64,000 nucleotides of DNA. Source: Convolutriloba macropyga (lineage: Eukaryota). Positions 1 through 9,427 of this stretch are shown in pieces (positions within the stretch are counted from its first letter, which is position 1; each line of letters starts with the position of its first letter). Position numbers and translations under genes: made by a program. The stretch lies in contig NC_134474.1 in NCBI RefSeq assembly GCF_964194025.1, forward strand, positions 65,782,001 through 65,846,000. Direction: 5' to 3'. Under the pieces are notes generated by a model. That model ran no database searches. It was not told the origin of the DNA and saw nothing but the letters and a program-made list of their open reading frames with translations.

Positions 1-1045
1 TAGTCTCAAAAGGTGGTGTCCCAAGGGGTTGGTTTCAAATTTTTTGCTTTCAAAGAAATCCTTGACGTTACCGGCTTCGATACGAACTTTTTTTTTAGAA
101 AAAAGTAAAATTAGTTTTTGATTTTTGTCACATTTGACGTTCTTTTTGCAGACGTAAGGCATATTCTGAATAAATACAGGCCTCAAGAGCTTTATTATGC
201 CCGATAAACTAACCTATTTTTTGTTTCTCTCTGTAGCTAAGGGCTTTCATGGATTTGGGAAAAAAAAATTTAAAAAAACAAAGGTAATACTTAAATTTGG
301 ACTTTTTTCTTTTTGTCTACTTGTTACCCAGTTTCATTTAAAAAAGGTCACATTATCGGCGTCCGAAGAAGGTGCAATTGAACATATTTTGAGGCAAAAA
401 AGGCTTTACGGCTGCGACAGCGTTTTCTGTCAGGTTTTGTGTTTTCTTGTCTGGTTGTTGTTCTTTTTGCAACTGCATAAAAATAAAATAATGGCAGGTC
501 TTAATATTCTCCTATAGAAGCATAGGATATCACAAACCTCTGGAATGTTTTCATGTGATTTCTAATGATTTTCATTATTTCGAAATTCATTATTTTTAAA
601 AACATACGCTAATTAGTTAACTTTACTGTTTTTGTTCTTTTTTGTATAATTGCCACCGAGCCCTATAATTGACTGGTCTCATAACTTTTCTAAAGACGTA
701 AGATTTATTTTCGTTGCTTTCAGTTTTATTTGACGCTGTTTTGACTTTGTTATTAAGTTTTTCTCAAATGGACAAAGTTTTAGACGTTTGGTGTTGTTTG
801 ATTTTGCTGTTCGTCTTGACTTGCTGTCTGAATAATAGCAGATCTCATCAATCTTATGCGGAATTTTTTACTCCACTGAGTTTTTGCTCTGAAAGCGATC
901 TTTCTGTTCATGCCCCATTTTTTTTGAAAAGTACTTGCATTTTTGGGGGTTTTATATCTGTTCCTCAATTGGTAGACATGCCGAAAATGCGGATGAGCGG
1001 GGTCGGAACATTAGGTGCAATCGCACATTACCCAGCCTCCCTGTT
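1..1045 (+). mobile_element. 3' part of a Helentron/Helitron2-like non-autonomous element (family H1)
   Basis: Ends GGGGTCGGAAC-hairpin(GTGC AATC GCAC)-...CTGTT; homologous in reverse to 55611-~56700 and to the end at 38300-38352. Confidence 0.6.
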
Positions 1046-2107
1046 AATTATATATTGCATGGTATTCGAGAATGAAATCATCTGAGCAGATGCGATCATT
1101 TGCTCATCATTTTTTAACCGATGAAATGTACAGAACTTCAGTTGAGGCCAACTAGAAAAACTTCTTATTACAGATTATTTTCTTTAATCATTAGTTTCTT
1201 TTCTAACCTGACTAAAGTGGGGGTTTGAAAGCGAATTGCAAGAGAGATTCGCATCACGTGTTGAGAAATTGAACGCCAATAAAGAATTCATTAATCTGTT
1301 GAACTGATGACCGTAGTTATGGTATAAAGTCAAATATAAATTTGATCCTCTCAGTGTCTAAAAAAACTGAATGCGACCAGTGTTTCACAGTAAAACACAT
1401 TTAATAATATACGAAATCATTCTCAATTTGATTAAACAGATATTTCTTGGATCAACTCAGAATTAACAGAATTTGCAAATTGAATCAACTCGAAAAAATC
1501 AACGTTGGCCGTATTGTTTCAAGCAATGCTACAAAAAATGGAAAGTTACGGCACTTCATATCTCCAAGAAACGTTTTTAAGCGCAGCAAAATTAATAAAA
1601 CGATTTCTGATTTACCGTTGAAACGTTTTATTTTTTATATGTGATACAATTAAAAGTTCTCTAAAGCATTGACCGATAACTCAAGCTCAAACTGAAAAAT
1701 TCAAAGCACTATGATTCATCTTTTATTTCTTCGATGTCAGGTTCTTTTTCAAAATTGACCAATGATCGTTGGCGCTATACCTGTTCTCACACTCAATATT
1801 GTAAATAAGAAAAATCAGAAATTTTTCTTCGAGAAAAATTTTTCCGTCCAAATTTCACAACTTGCAAGCCTCGAGTTTTCAAGAACACACAAAATTTGGG
1901 GAAATCTTTTCTAGTTCAAGAATTTTGCTAGGATATATTTTTATTCATCAGTATAAGATAATGATCAGCCGAGGTTAGTTTTATGCAAAATTCAAATTTT
2001 GTGGTTAATTTTTTTACCCAATTTCAAAACACCCAATGTGCCAAACTGTTCTTAAGCCATGATAACTACTCAATTTCTTTTGGTTTGATGTCAATTAAAG
2101 CTCTTAC

Positions 2108-2404
2108 AAAACATAACTAATTTACATCGGGCTAATTGCGCTCAAACGACTAGCGAGTGGCTGGCTTAGGCAGTAGCCAGCTGGGGCTTAAGGCTGCTAG
2201 CATTACGGAGGGTAACCAGTGTGTGTGTGTGTGTTGGGGGGGGGGGGCTCAAGCGATTGGAGTAGGGTTTTGAGGACTGGATGAGAGTAGGTTCAAATCG
2301 ACAGGTGCAGGACGGTGGACAAGGGGAGTGTTGAGGAGGGGTTTTAGTGGGAGCGGGGGACTGAGGGGGTCAAACTTTTAAGACTAAGAACCGCCTTTCA
2401 CACC
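2108..2404 (-). mobile_element. Left half of a family-H2 repeat split by the Polinton (right half 21564-~21775)
   Basis: The joined flanks are colinear with the copy at ~29240-29613 (tggcttag..agtagc.agct; aatttgtc..ccaaa; gagaact; aaaaaattgca.aaaaa; ttgagag.aat). Confidence 0.65.
2399..2404 (+). repeat. 6-bp target-site duplication CACACC (left copy; right copy 21564-21569)
   Basis: Identical hexamer immediately outside both termini; 6-bp TSDs are typical of Polintons. Confidence 0.97.
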
Positions 2405-2429
2405 AGTAGTAATATAGTGAGCTACACTC

Positions 2430-2460
<31 letters not shown>

Positions 2461-2466
2461 TCCCCC

Positions 2467-2815
2467 ATGTATTAAGATAGGGTATAGCGTATTTTTCGGG
2501 ATTTGGGACCTCCCTAACGTATTAAGATAGGGAATGAATTAGCATGTATTAAGATTAGGTATAGCGGCGTTAATGTATTAAGATAGGGTATAGCCGCCAT
2601 GTATTAAGATTAGTTATAGCCGGCGACATGTATTAAGATTATGCGCCGACATGTATTAAGATAAGTAATAGCCGCCGACATGTAATGAGATTAGTAATAG
2701 CCGCCGACATGTATTAAGATTAGTAATAGCCGCCGACATGTATTGAGATTAGTAATAGCCGCCGACATGTATTAAGATTAGTAATAGCCGCTGCCATGTA
2801 TTAAGAGTAGTATAG
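2467..2815 (+). repeat. Sub-terminal tandem array in the TIR, 12 copies of core GTATTAAGAT; regular 29-bp unit ATGTATTAAGATTAGTAATAGCCGCCGAC (mirrored at ~21157-21505)
   Basis: Core motif at 2469, 2519, 2546, 2575, 2601, 2630, 2653, 2682, 2711, 2740, 2769, 2798; the last six are spaced 29 bp. Confidence 0.93.
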
Positions 2816-3178
2816 TCGGTGCAAATGTGGGGGGTAGGTTCGGAGACGCTCCTGATAGGCTGAAATTTTGAGGGGAAAAAATCAATGTTTGTGTAGTTAT
2901 TAAGTGTTTACTTGAGAACAATAGAATCGGCGTGGGTAATTAATTGCTGTAATTATGTGAGGGGTAATTATGTGACAGGTTGAATTTTGTTTACAACTTT
3001 TATGTTATTAAATTGTGAAATTAATTGGTGGGGGTTTTCAATTACCCTAGTTATCTGAGGGGTAATTATGTGACATGTTGAATTTTTGTTTACAAATTTT
3101 AGGTCAATTGCAAAGATTGTTCCCCTAATTGTTTGAATCAATTGTGTAACAAATGTCTTTTGCGCGCTCATTAATTGG

Positions 3179-3183
3179 AAAAA
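3179..3183 (-). terminator. Putative Pol III terminator (T5) for the tRNA-iMet
   Basis: Minus strand reads ...GCTA TCTTGAC TTTTT; T5 lies 7 nt after the discriminator base and forms the innermost bases of the left TIR. Confidence 0.7.
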
Positions 3184-3190
3184 GTCAAGA

Positions 3191-3262
3191 TAGCAAGAGG
3201 TAGTTTTGATCTACCGTCCTCTGGGTTATGGGCCCAGCGCGCTCCCACTGCGCCATCTTGCT
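3191..3262 (-). tRNA. Initiator tRNA-Met (CAT) gene inside the Polinton
   Basis: Minus strand: AGCAAGA TG GCGC AGTGGGA GCGC G CTGGG CCCATAA CCCAG AGGAC GGTAG ATCAAAA CTACC TCTTGCT A (72 nt). All four stems are Watson-Crick paired. Initiator hallmarks present: A1:U72, three G:C pairs at the bottom of the anticodon stem, C33, A54 and A60, discriminator A73. Confidence 0.95.
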
Positions 3263-3566
3263 AATTACATGCATATATGCATTATTTTTTGTACATTATT
3301 TGAAAAAAGATGTTAAATAAAAGAAAAAAATGAATTAAAATAGTATAAAATGACAGACACAGTACAAATTATGAGCATCAAAATGCAAAATTACTCAATC
3401 ATTTACAATAAATTGTATAAAATTCAATGAACATCAAGGTACACTTAGCCGAGTGGTTAATAAAGTTCGATAAAAAAAGTTTAGAAAACTCACGAGAAAC
3501 AGTTACGAGAAACATATACTATCGACTTTATTAACTTCAGCTTACTAATTACCAAAATGAACACTA

Positions 3567-3965
3567 CTACATATAGTTACTTATAAAATTTAACACGTGT
3601 ACATCATGAATATTGTTCAAGTTGGTTTGGAAAAACTTAAATAGTTGAAATGCTGCAAAAATTGCGTAGAATCCACACAAATTTTGCATCTTCTGAAGTG
3701 GTCGATGTATAATTTTTTGGTACTTTTTACCTAAAAATTTGTAATGTGTTACTGATCGAGCCAGAGAATCCGCATAATAGTAACTTCTGTTGAGTCGAGC
3801 AATCAATATCCAATGTTCACCGACTTCTTTACTCGAAGCAGTGTTAATGATTGCAAAGCTGAATTTGGGTAAATTTGGAATGAAATCTGCTGGAAACGAT
3901 CCAACGTATTTGAATTTTAGCTCAGGAATGCGTTCAATAATTTGTTGAAGAGATTGATTATCCAT
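3567..3965 (-). CDS. Adenain-like (C5 family) cysteine maturation protease
   Basis: 132 aa with His (GEHWILI), Asp (YYADSL) and Gln/Cys (LQKMQNLCGFY) in the order of the Polinton/adenovirus protease. Confidence 0.92.
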   Translation of the reverse strand: MDNQSLQQIIERIPELKFKYVGSFPADFIPNLPKFSFAIINTASSKEVGEHWILIARLNRSYYYADSLARSVTHYKFLGKKYQKIIHRPLQKMQNLCGFYAIFAAFQLFKFFQTNLNNIHDVHVLNFISNYM

Positions 3966-4242
3966 GACAAATAATCTTCTGTTTCAATTCGCAAGCTCCG
4001 TTTGAACAGGGATTTCTCACATTACAATCAAGTTGAAATGATTCGTTCTTTTCAATAAAGCAACAATCTTTAGATTGGGGAATTTTACGTATCAGACCTC
4101 CTGTAGATTCACTTACTCTGTCTTCACTATTGCCTGTGACATCGGGATGAAAGATAATAATGATGATTAAAAGTCCCAGGAATACTGCACAAATAAGGTA
4201 TACATATAAGTTTGGAGTAGGTCTACCCCAATTTTCATCCAT
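3958..4242 (-). CDS. Small single-pass membrane protein with Cys-rich C-terminus, function unknown
   Basis: 94 aa; hydrophobic LYVYLICAVFLGLLIIIIIF; six Cys in the last ~36 aa; overlaps the protease start by 8 nt. Confidence 0.65.
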   Translation of the reverse strand: MDENWGRPTPNLYVYLICAVFLGLLIIIIIFHPDVTGNSEDRVSESTGGLIRKIPQSKDCCFIEKNESFQLDCNVRNPCSNGACELKQKIICHG

Positions 4243-4375
4243 TCCCTATCTTGATATTATAGTGTGGAAAGGGTTGCAACTGGGCGATGAAAGTACATAT
4301 CCAACAAATGTTCCAACGCAGAAGGCAATAATATAAAAACCATAAAAAATTGAGAAGAAAATTAAAAAATCTTGA

Positions 4376-5719
4376 TTAATGCAGAGTTCTTAAGACATTC
4401 TTAGCAACTGTTCCAAACTGATCAATTTTAACTGTTGAGATTCGTTCTCCGAGAACAATTAACTCGGTAACATTGGTTAGCGGACGTTCAAAGAACATTT
4501 CTAAACGAAGACTTTCCCCACTGAGTTCAGGATGATGAACATTTTCACCAGCGTCTTGGAGTGATGTGAGATCGAATACAAGCACATAATGATCTGTGAA
4601 GAAATCATTCGGTAACGCAGGAATTTCTTCGTTGAAGTTCATTGCCTTCATTGTTGTAACATAAGCTCTACAATTGTTGGTTGTATCAATTGAGACAACA
4701 GCTCTCCCCCCTCGAACAATTCTCAGCTCCCGCAGTCCAAACTTTCGATAATGAAAAGGATTTTCTTGAAAATGTCCGGTGAATGCTGAATTAGTGTTCA
4801 TTGCTATTGCAATTCGTCTGATTGGGGCATTATTGAAAACATTTTCCTGAATAAATTGATTTTGTCCAGAAGGAATAATAAATGTTCGCGCAATTGTCTC
4901 CATAAAATTATAGCAAGCTGGTTGATGTGTTAGTTGATACTTGATTGTCTGGTGATAGACCTCATTAACGACAACACGTCTCGTAAAAAGTGAACAGTCA
5001 AGAACTCTAAGGGAAACATGTGGATTGTAGGAAATCATGTAAAAATTTGGTCTCGCTCGAATCAATTTGAGTCTAATTTTTGTATTTGGAAGTAATAATT
5101 TTTAACATTGAAATAAGTCGATTGCAAGTTTACCATATAAGGTGACCCCATCTTTCAACAAAAGCTCTTCTTCCCTATCTATGAACGGACTTTTTTCATA
5201 ATCACTAGGATCTTTCTCAAATTCGTATCCATGACAAGCCAAAATTCCTTCATTATTCATTGTAGAAGCATTGAATTCATTGGATATCAGAGCTTTGTGG
5301 CCATAGAGTCCGTTAGAGTTGTACACTTGTTGATTGTTTAAATACACTTCGCAGTTGGAGAAAAGAGAGTGTAACAAGTTGTTGACATGAGTCAAATATT
5401 GTAAATCATCATCAGTGAAAGTCATACCCATATCTGGTTTTCCATGCTCCTCTTTTTTCATGAAATCGTCAAATAATCTTCCCTTTTGTAATCCAACTTT
5501 AATTTGTAAATGAATATCTCTCATATCGAGATAAATACTTCTATCTGTTTCAAATTCAAATTCAATGCTGCTTTCATCCAATGAAGTGCTGGGATAAACT
5601 TCTTGAATATGGGATGATTCAACTGGTTCCAAAACCGGAATTTTGTCAAAAATCTCCAAGCAAGAATTTGTAAAGTGTCCATAACGGAAATTACTGTCAT
5701 TTGTTGATCTGGTATTCAT
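4376..5719 (-). pseudogene. Major capsid protein (double jelly-roll), one gene interrupted by an in-frame TAA at 5102-5104
   Basis: ORFs 5102-5719 and 4376-5065 are in the same frame (...FQC*KLLLPNTKIRLKLIRARPNFY...), 448 codons in total. Motifs VNNLLHSLFSNCEVYLNN, PIRRIAIAM, ENPFHY and VFDLT match Polinton MCPs. Confidence 0.9.
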
Positions 5720-6072
5720 TTTAGTTTGGTAAAAATATCCCTCCTAGTTCGACGACGTCGACTGATTTTTGGCGAGCGTTTTCGAATAATACGTCGTTTT
5801 CTAGGTTTTCCTCCTCCTAGTTGTTTACGTAAAGTTTTCTTTCCAACATCTGTGGCTGCAGATTTGAACTTTTTCCTTCCAGCTAATACATTTCCGATTT
5901 CTGGCGCAGCTAATTCAATCAAGTCAGCACCAACTCTTTTAGCTGCTGGTACAACATATCGTCTCAAAAAAGGAATTGCAGTTCTCCCAATTGTTTGTGC
6001 TAAAGCTCCAAATCCTCTTCCCCTTTGTCTTGAATAACCACGAAAATACGGTAAATCACTGTCTGCAACCAT
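5716..6072 (-). CDS. Basic virion core / membrane-lytic protein (adintovirus pX/cupiennin-like)
   Basis: QRGRG-FGALAQTIGRTAIPFLRRYVV amphipathic segment, an LGGG adenain-type cleavage motif and an Arg/Lys-rich tail; lies between penton and MCP. Confidence 0.75.
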   Translation of the reverse strand: MVADSDLPYFRGYSRQRGRGFGALAQTIGRTAIPFLRRYVVPAAKRVGADLIELAAPEIGNVLAGRKKFKSAATDVGKKTLRKQLGGGKPRKRRIIRKRSPKISRRRRTRRDIFTKLK

Positions 6073-6089
6073 TTTTTGTAAACTTAATT

Positions 6090-6902
6090 TTAAAAATGAT
6101 TGTCTGAAGCTCTTCTGAACATCAATACAGCTCTTGTTACACCTACTGAATTGAAGGGAACTTTTTCACCGTATGAGTCGCGGAGCTCAAGTTTAATGCT
6201 GTGGAAAGAATTTTTAAGAATTTTTTTAAATTGTAGATTTGGGAAGTTTTGATAATTCATATATTGTCCAGTAGATATTATGTCTCCATTCTTAATTTTA
6301 GAAATAAACGGAATACATCTCAAAAGCGCCGCTTTTGTATCACCTACAATATTGTATTCAACAATATCGCTGTATATCATGAGAGTATGAATTCGAACAA
6401 TATCATAGGGAAATTTAGGAAAATGTGGTCCAGCACCACTCATAAAAACACCCATTCCGTAAACAGCTTCCTCACACCCAAATACGTGACAGAGATCAGT
6501 ACTGAAGATAACTAGTAACGAGTTTTCATTAGGAAGGCTTAGGGATATTCGCTGTGTAATTCTGTTGACTTTTAATTTGATTGGGGTTTTCTCATACTTT
6601 TCTCTTTCCTGAATTTGTTTGTTCATTTCGTTCACAATATCAGATATTGATGGATATAGTCCTGCATCAATTGCATAATAATCGGAAGGTTTTGTATCTG
6701 GAGTTGCAGCATCTAGATAGAAAAATTTTCCATCTGTAATATTCTGGTACAAAGATGGATATGATAGTTCGGTTATTGCCACCTCCCATTCTCCTTCAAG
6801 GTTAATCTGTTCGGGAAGGAAATTGGTAAAAGAACTCAATGTATTATTTGGATAACAATCAAAGGATGCGTTGGAAACCAGCTCTACCGTAAAAGAGTTC
6901 AT
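6090..6902 (-). CDS. Minor capsid protein (penton, single jelly-roll)
   Basis: N-terminus FTVELVSNAS..YPNNTLSSFTNFLPEQINLEGEWEVAITELSYP and C-terminal IYSDIVEYNIVGDTKAALLR match Polinton mCP. Probable ATG at 6902, just after the integrase stop. Confidence 0.88.
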   Translation of the reverse strand: MNSFTVELVSNASFDCYPNNTLSSFTNFLPEQINLEGEWEVAITELSYPSLYQNITDGKFFYLDAATPDTKPSDYYAIDAGLYPSISDIVNEMNKQIQEREKYEKTPIKLKVNRITQRISLSLPNENSLLVIFSTDLCHVFGCEEAVYGMGVFMSGAGPHFPKFPYDIVRIHTLMIYSDIVEYNIVGDTKAALLRCIPFISKIKNGDIISTGQYMNYQNFPNLQFKKILKNSFHSIKLELRDSYGEKVPFNSVGVTRAVLMFRRASDNHF

Positions 6903-6904
6903 CA

Positions 6905-7847
6905 CTAAATGATACACTTTGAGAGCTCTTGTTCATAAAATTTTCCTAGTATTTCATCACCCTGCTCTCCCTTGAGGTTGTATGTTGGAGGTTTGTACGT
7001 AGCAATCTTAACAATTTCAAAGATTTCACTCGTGAACTGTGACTTGTATCCTTTTCTAAAAGGAATATCGTATTTCGAAATTCGTACTTTATCCCCTACT
7101 TTAAACCGAGGTTTTTTGTATTGTCTGATCGGATTTTTGTAAAAAATTGATAAAAAGTCTTTGTTTTTTTACCTCTTTTGGAGCTTTACCTGTAGATCTA
7201 TTTACTCTACTATTCATTGTATTTAGGAAAGATCCCATTTTTACAAGGTACTTATGCCCGTTTTCTTCCATGAAGCGATAAATAATGTTTTTCAAAGATC
7301 TGATAGCTCTCTCAGCTACGGCAGCTTTTGTTTCACTTCTCGTTGAATAAATTTTAATTTTCTTTTCTCCACAAAATTTCCGAAATTCGCCACCAAACTC
7401 TGTTCCTTGATCAACCCATACTTTTTGTGGGATGTTGTTTTTTCGTAGCATTTTTTTGAAAGCTGCTACAGCATCTGTAGAATGCTTTGATTTCATTGGT
7501 TGAACACGGACAGAACGAGAAAATACATCAACGCAGATTAATAGATACTTTACTCCGTTATTAAACTCTGACAATTTGTCCATAAAAGCTAAATCAAGAC
7601 ACCAAATTTCATTTATCCGCTTTGCAAATGCAGGTAATCGTCTAAAATGTCGATTTGCTTGACGGTATTTTGTATAGGAATTTTTAGTGTGGAGAAAGGA
7701 AATAACCTTGCCTCTTGATAAACCGCTCGCTTTTTGAAGATTTCTAACCGATCCAAATGCAGCTTTTCCTTCTTTGTATAATCGTTGAAGTTTCGCTTTT
7801 TCAGATTTTGAAAGGGATCCAACTCCCTCTGTCTTTGCTTTTGGCAT
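6905..7847 (-). pseudogene. Retroviral-like (rve) DDE integrase with a +1 frameshift in the A7 run at 7164-7170
   Basis: D (CLDLAFMD), D (WVDQGTEF), E (VAERAIRSLK). Removing one A restores the C-terminal domain KPRFKVGDKVRISK...FRKGYKSQFTSEIFEI...GKFYEQELSKCII* ending at 6905. No chromodomain seen. Confidence 0.92.
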
Positions 7848-8208
7848 CCTTGTTTACAATTTTGCTCGGACTTATCCCTGTAGCATCAAGTATTGTGTAA
7901 TATATATCAGGAAACGCAATATTTTTTCTCTTCAATGCGTAAATAAAATCGGTAAACGCTACATTTGTATCTCTTCCATCCAGTAAAATGGAGTCACTGA
8001 GGGACAGCTTGATTCGAGGACATTTGAGTATTTGATCTACAACTTACTCGTTTTTGAATGATTTTGTGTTAGTGGTGATGTCCTTGTGAAGAGAATCTAA
8101 ATTTTGTGGAACGAAGTTAACTTTTTCCTCACTCTCGTCCAATTTATACACATGTAATTTGAATTTTTGTTCTTAAAGCTGTTGAGGAATCAAAACAAAC
8201 TGTTCCGT
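7801..8208 (-). pseudogene. Decayed Polinton gene between the ATPase block and integrase (136 codons), absent from the ORF track
   Basis: Frame reads (ACG)EQFVLIPQQL*EQKFKLH...FKNE*VVDQILKCPRIKLSLSDSILLDGRDT...DRGSWIPFKI*. Start codon appears mutated to ACG; in-frame TAA at 8173-8175 and 8044-8046. Exactly fills the gap between its neighbours. Confidence 0.72.
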
Positions 8209-8209
8209 T

Positions 8210-8515
8210 TCAAGAAAGACGGTTAATGATAGACGGAGTTAGAATTGATATAAGTTCTATTCCTTTCCTTGAACTTAAAATTGCTCTCCTTTTATTTATT
8301 CCAGTTCTTTTTAGAATAAGCTGATGAATTTCGTCTTGATACTTTTTTACGTCTCGTTTTTGAATATCTTGCAGTTCTCCTCTGAGCATGTTTACGATGC
8401 ACTCGTTTAGGAACTGAATAAATTCTTTCGGACAATTTTTTAGGTAAGTTCTTTTGAAGTTCCGGGAATAACTTTGGAACGTTGTCAGAGTAGAGAGATG
8501 TTGTGTGCTCATCAC
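8210..8515 (-). CDS. Conserved small basic Polinton protein overlapping the ATPase 3' end
   Basis: FIQFLNECIVNMLRG...KRRAIL pattern resembles the small ORF that typically follows the Polinton ATPase; overlaps it by 224 nt in another frame. Confidence 0.7.
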   Translation of the reverse strand: MMSTQHLSTLTTFQSYSRNFKRTYLKNCPKEFIQFLNECIVNMLRGELQDIQKRDVKKYQDEIHQLILKRTGINKRRAILSSRKGIELISILTPSIINRLS

Positions 8516-9167
8516 TCAAAAATGTGGTCTGCTGTTTATGTTGTGGAAGGAAAAAAATTGAAGGAATCGATCCACTATTTGTACAAAATCGAAGAGAGTC
8601 GACTGTTTTGGGAGTTAAATCAATAAGTAAATGACCATAAGGAATAGAAGTTGCTTTGGTATACCAATCTTTTAATTGTGAACCTAATCCCAACTGTTGG
8701 CTCAGAGTGTTTATTTGCAGTACATCTCTAGGAGATTTGAACAAGACGATATGAGTATTTTGTAACTCTATATCTCTTCCTAATCTACTCTGATGAAATA
8801 AATTGTGTTTGATGTATATTGTGCTGAGTCCTTTATGTCTTCCAGCTGTTGCAATTTTAACGAAATCTTTAGAGCTGGAAATCTCCTCACAAGAGTCGTC
8901 AAAAATTAACAGATACTTTGTTCCGTTATTTGGGAGGTTTTGACTAAACTCAAAGTCAACTCCTTCTATGAACTCAATATTTTTAACATCTTTAGACATT
9001 AAACCATAAAGAGATTGATAATGTTGATAGAAGTAGTAAATTTTGTCGAACTCTGGTTGAAAAGTTCCAATTGTTAACCATTCATGTATAAGATGAGATT
9101 TCCCAGATCCGCTTGGACCAACCAATGAAATAAAAATTCGTTCTTTTGTGGAAATTATCTTGTTCAT
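8292..9167 (-). CDS. FtsK/HerA (A32-like) genome-packaging ATPase
   Basis: Walker A GPSGSGKS, Walker B LLIFDD, arginine-finger region TAGRH, and HIVLFKSPRD. Confidence 0.95.
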   Translation of the reverse strand: MNKIISTKERIFISLVGPSGSGKSHLIHEWLTIGTFQPEFDKIYYFYQHYQSLYGLMSKDVKNIEFIEGVDFEFSQNLPNNGTKYLLIFDDSCEEISSSKDFVKIATAGRHKGLSTIYIKHNLFHQSRLGRDIELQNTHIVLFKSPRDVLQINTLSQQLGLGSQLKDWYTKATSIPYGHLLIDLTPKTVDSLRFCTNSGSIPSIFFLPQHKQQTTFLSDEHTTSLYSDNVPKLFPELQKNLPKKLSERIYSVPKRVHRKHAQRRTARYSKTRRKKVSRRNSSAYSKKNWNK

Positions 9168-9427
9168 AAATTAGGTGAAGGTAAAATATAACCAACTGTA
9201 CTAGAAAGGATTGCAATCCAAACTGTTGTTTCTTCACACGTTGTAGCCAATGTTATTCGTACTATACAACAGACCAGAATTACGAGTATAACAAAAAATT
9301 GGGACAGAAAAACGACTAGAGACCTATTACAAGTCTGTCCAAAACATTTCCATGATTGTCGTTCCTGATTATTATCATCAAAGACAAAATTACCCAAATT
9401 TAATCCTTTATCTGTATGCTCAGTCAT
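9164..9427 (-). CDS. Small two-TM membrane protein
   Basis: 87 aa; two hydrophobic helices joined by TCEET; ATGA overlap with the ATPase start. Confidence 0.75.
   Translation of the reverse strand: MTEHTDKGLNLGNFVFDDNNQERQSWKCFGQTCNRSLVVFLSQFFVILVILVCCIVRITLATTCEETTVWIAILSSTVGYILPSPNL

Larger units (their letters stand above)
2405..3183 (+). repeat. Left terminal inverted repeat (~779 bp)
   Basis: Reverse complement of 20789-21563. Differences seen by eye: poly-G length (23 vs 19) and one substitution near 2685. Confidence 0.96.

Noticed and set aside
2467-2815. Repeat array as a CRISPR
   Set aside because: Spacers are near-identical rather than unique; eukaryotic context; no cas genes.
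2968-3171. 67-aa ORF and its mirror at 20783-21004
   Set aside because: Both lie in the TIRs, so their identity is just the inverted repeat; no motif or coding signature.
4376-5719. Two separate capsid genes or a naturally split jelly-roll
   Set aside because: Same frame, joined by a conserved-looking linker; a single TAA explains the split.
5726-6515. Plus-strand ORFs 5726-6037 and 6249-6515, and similar antisense ORFs within PolB and BEL
   Set aside because: Antisense shadows of well-supported genes.
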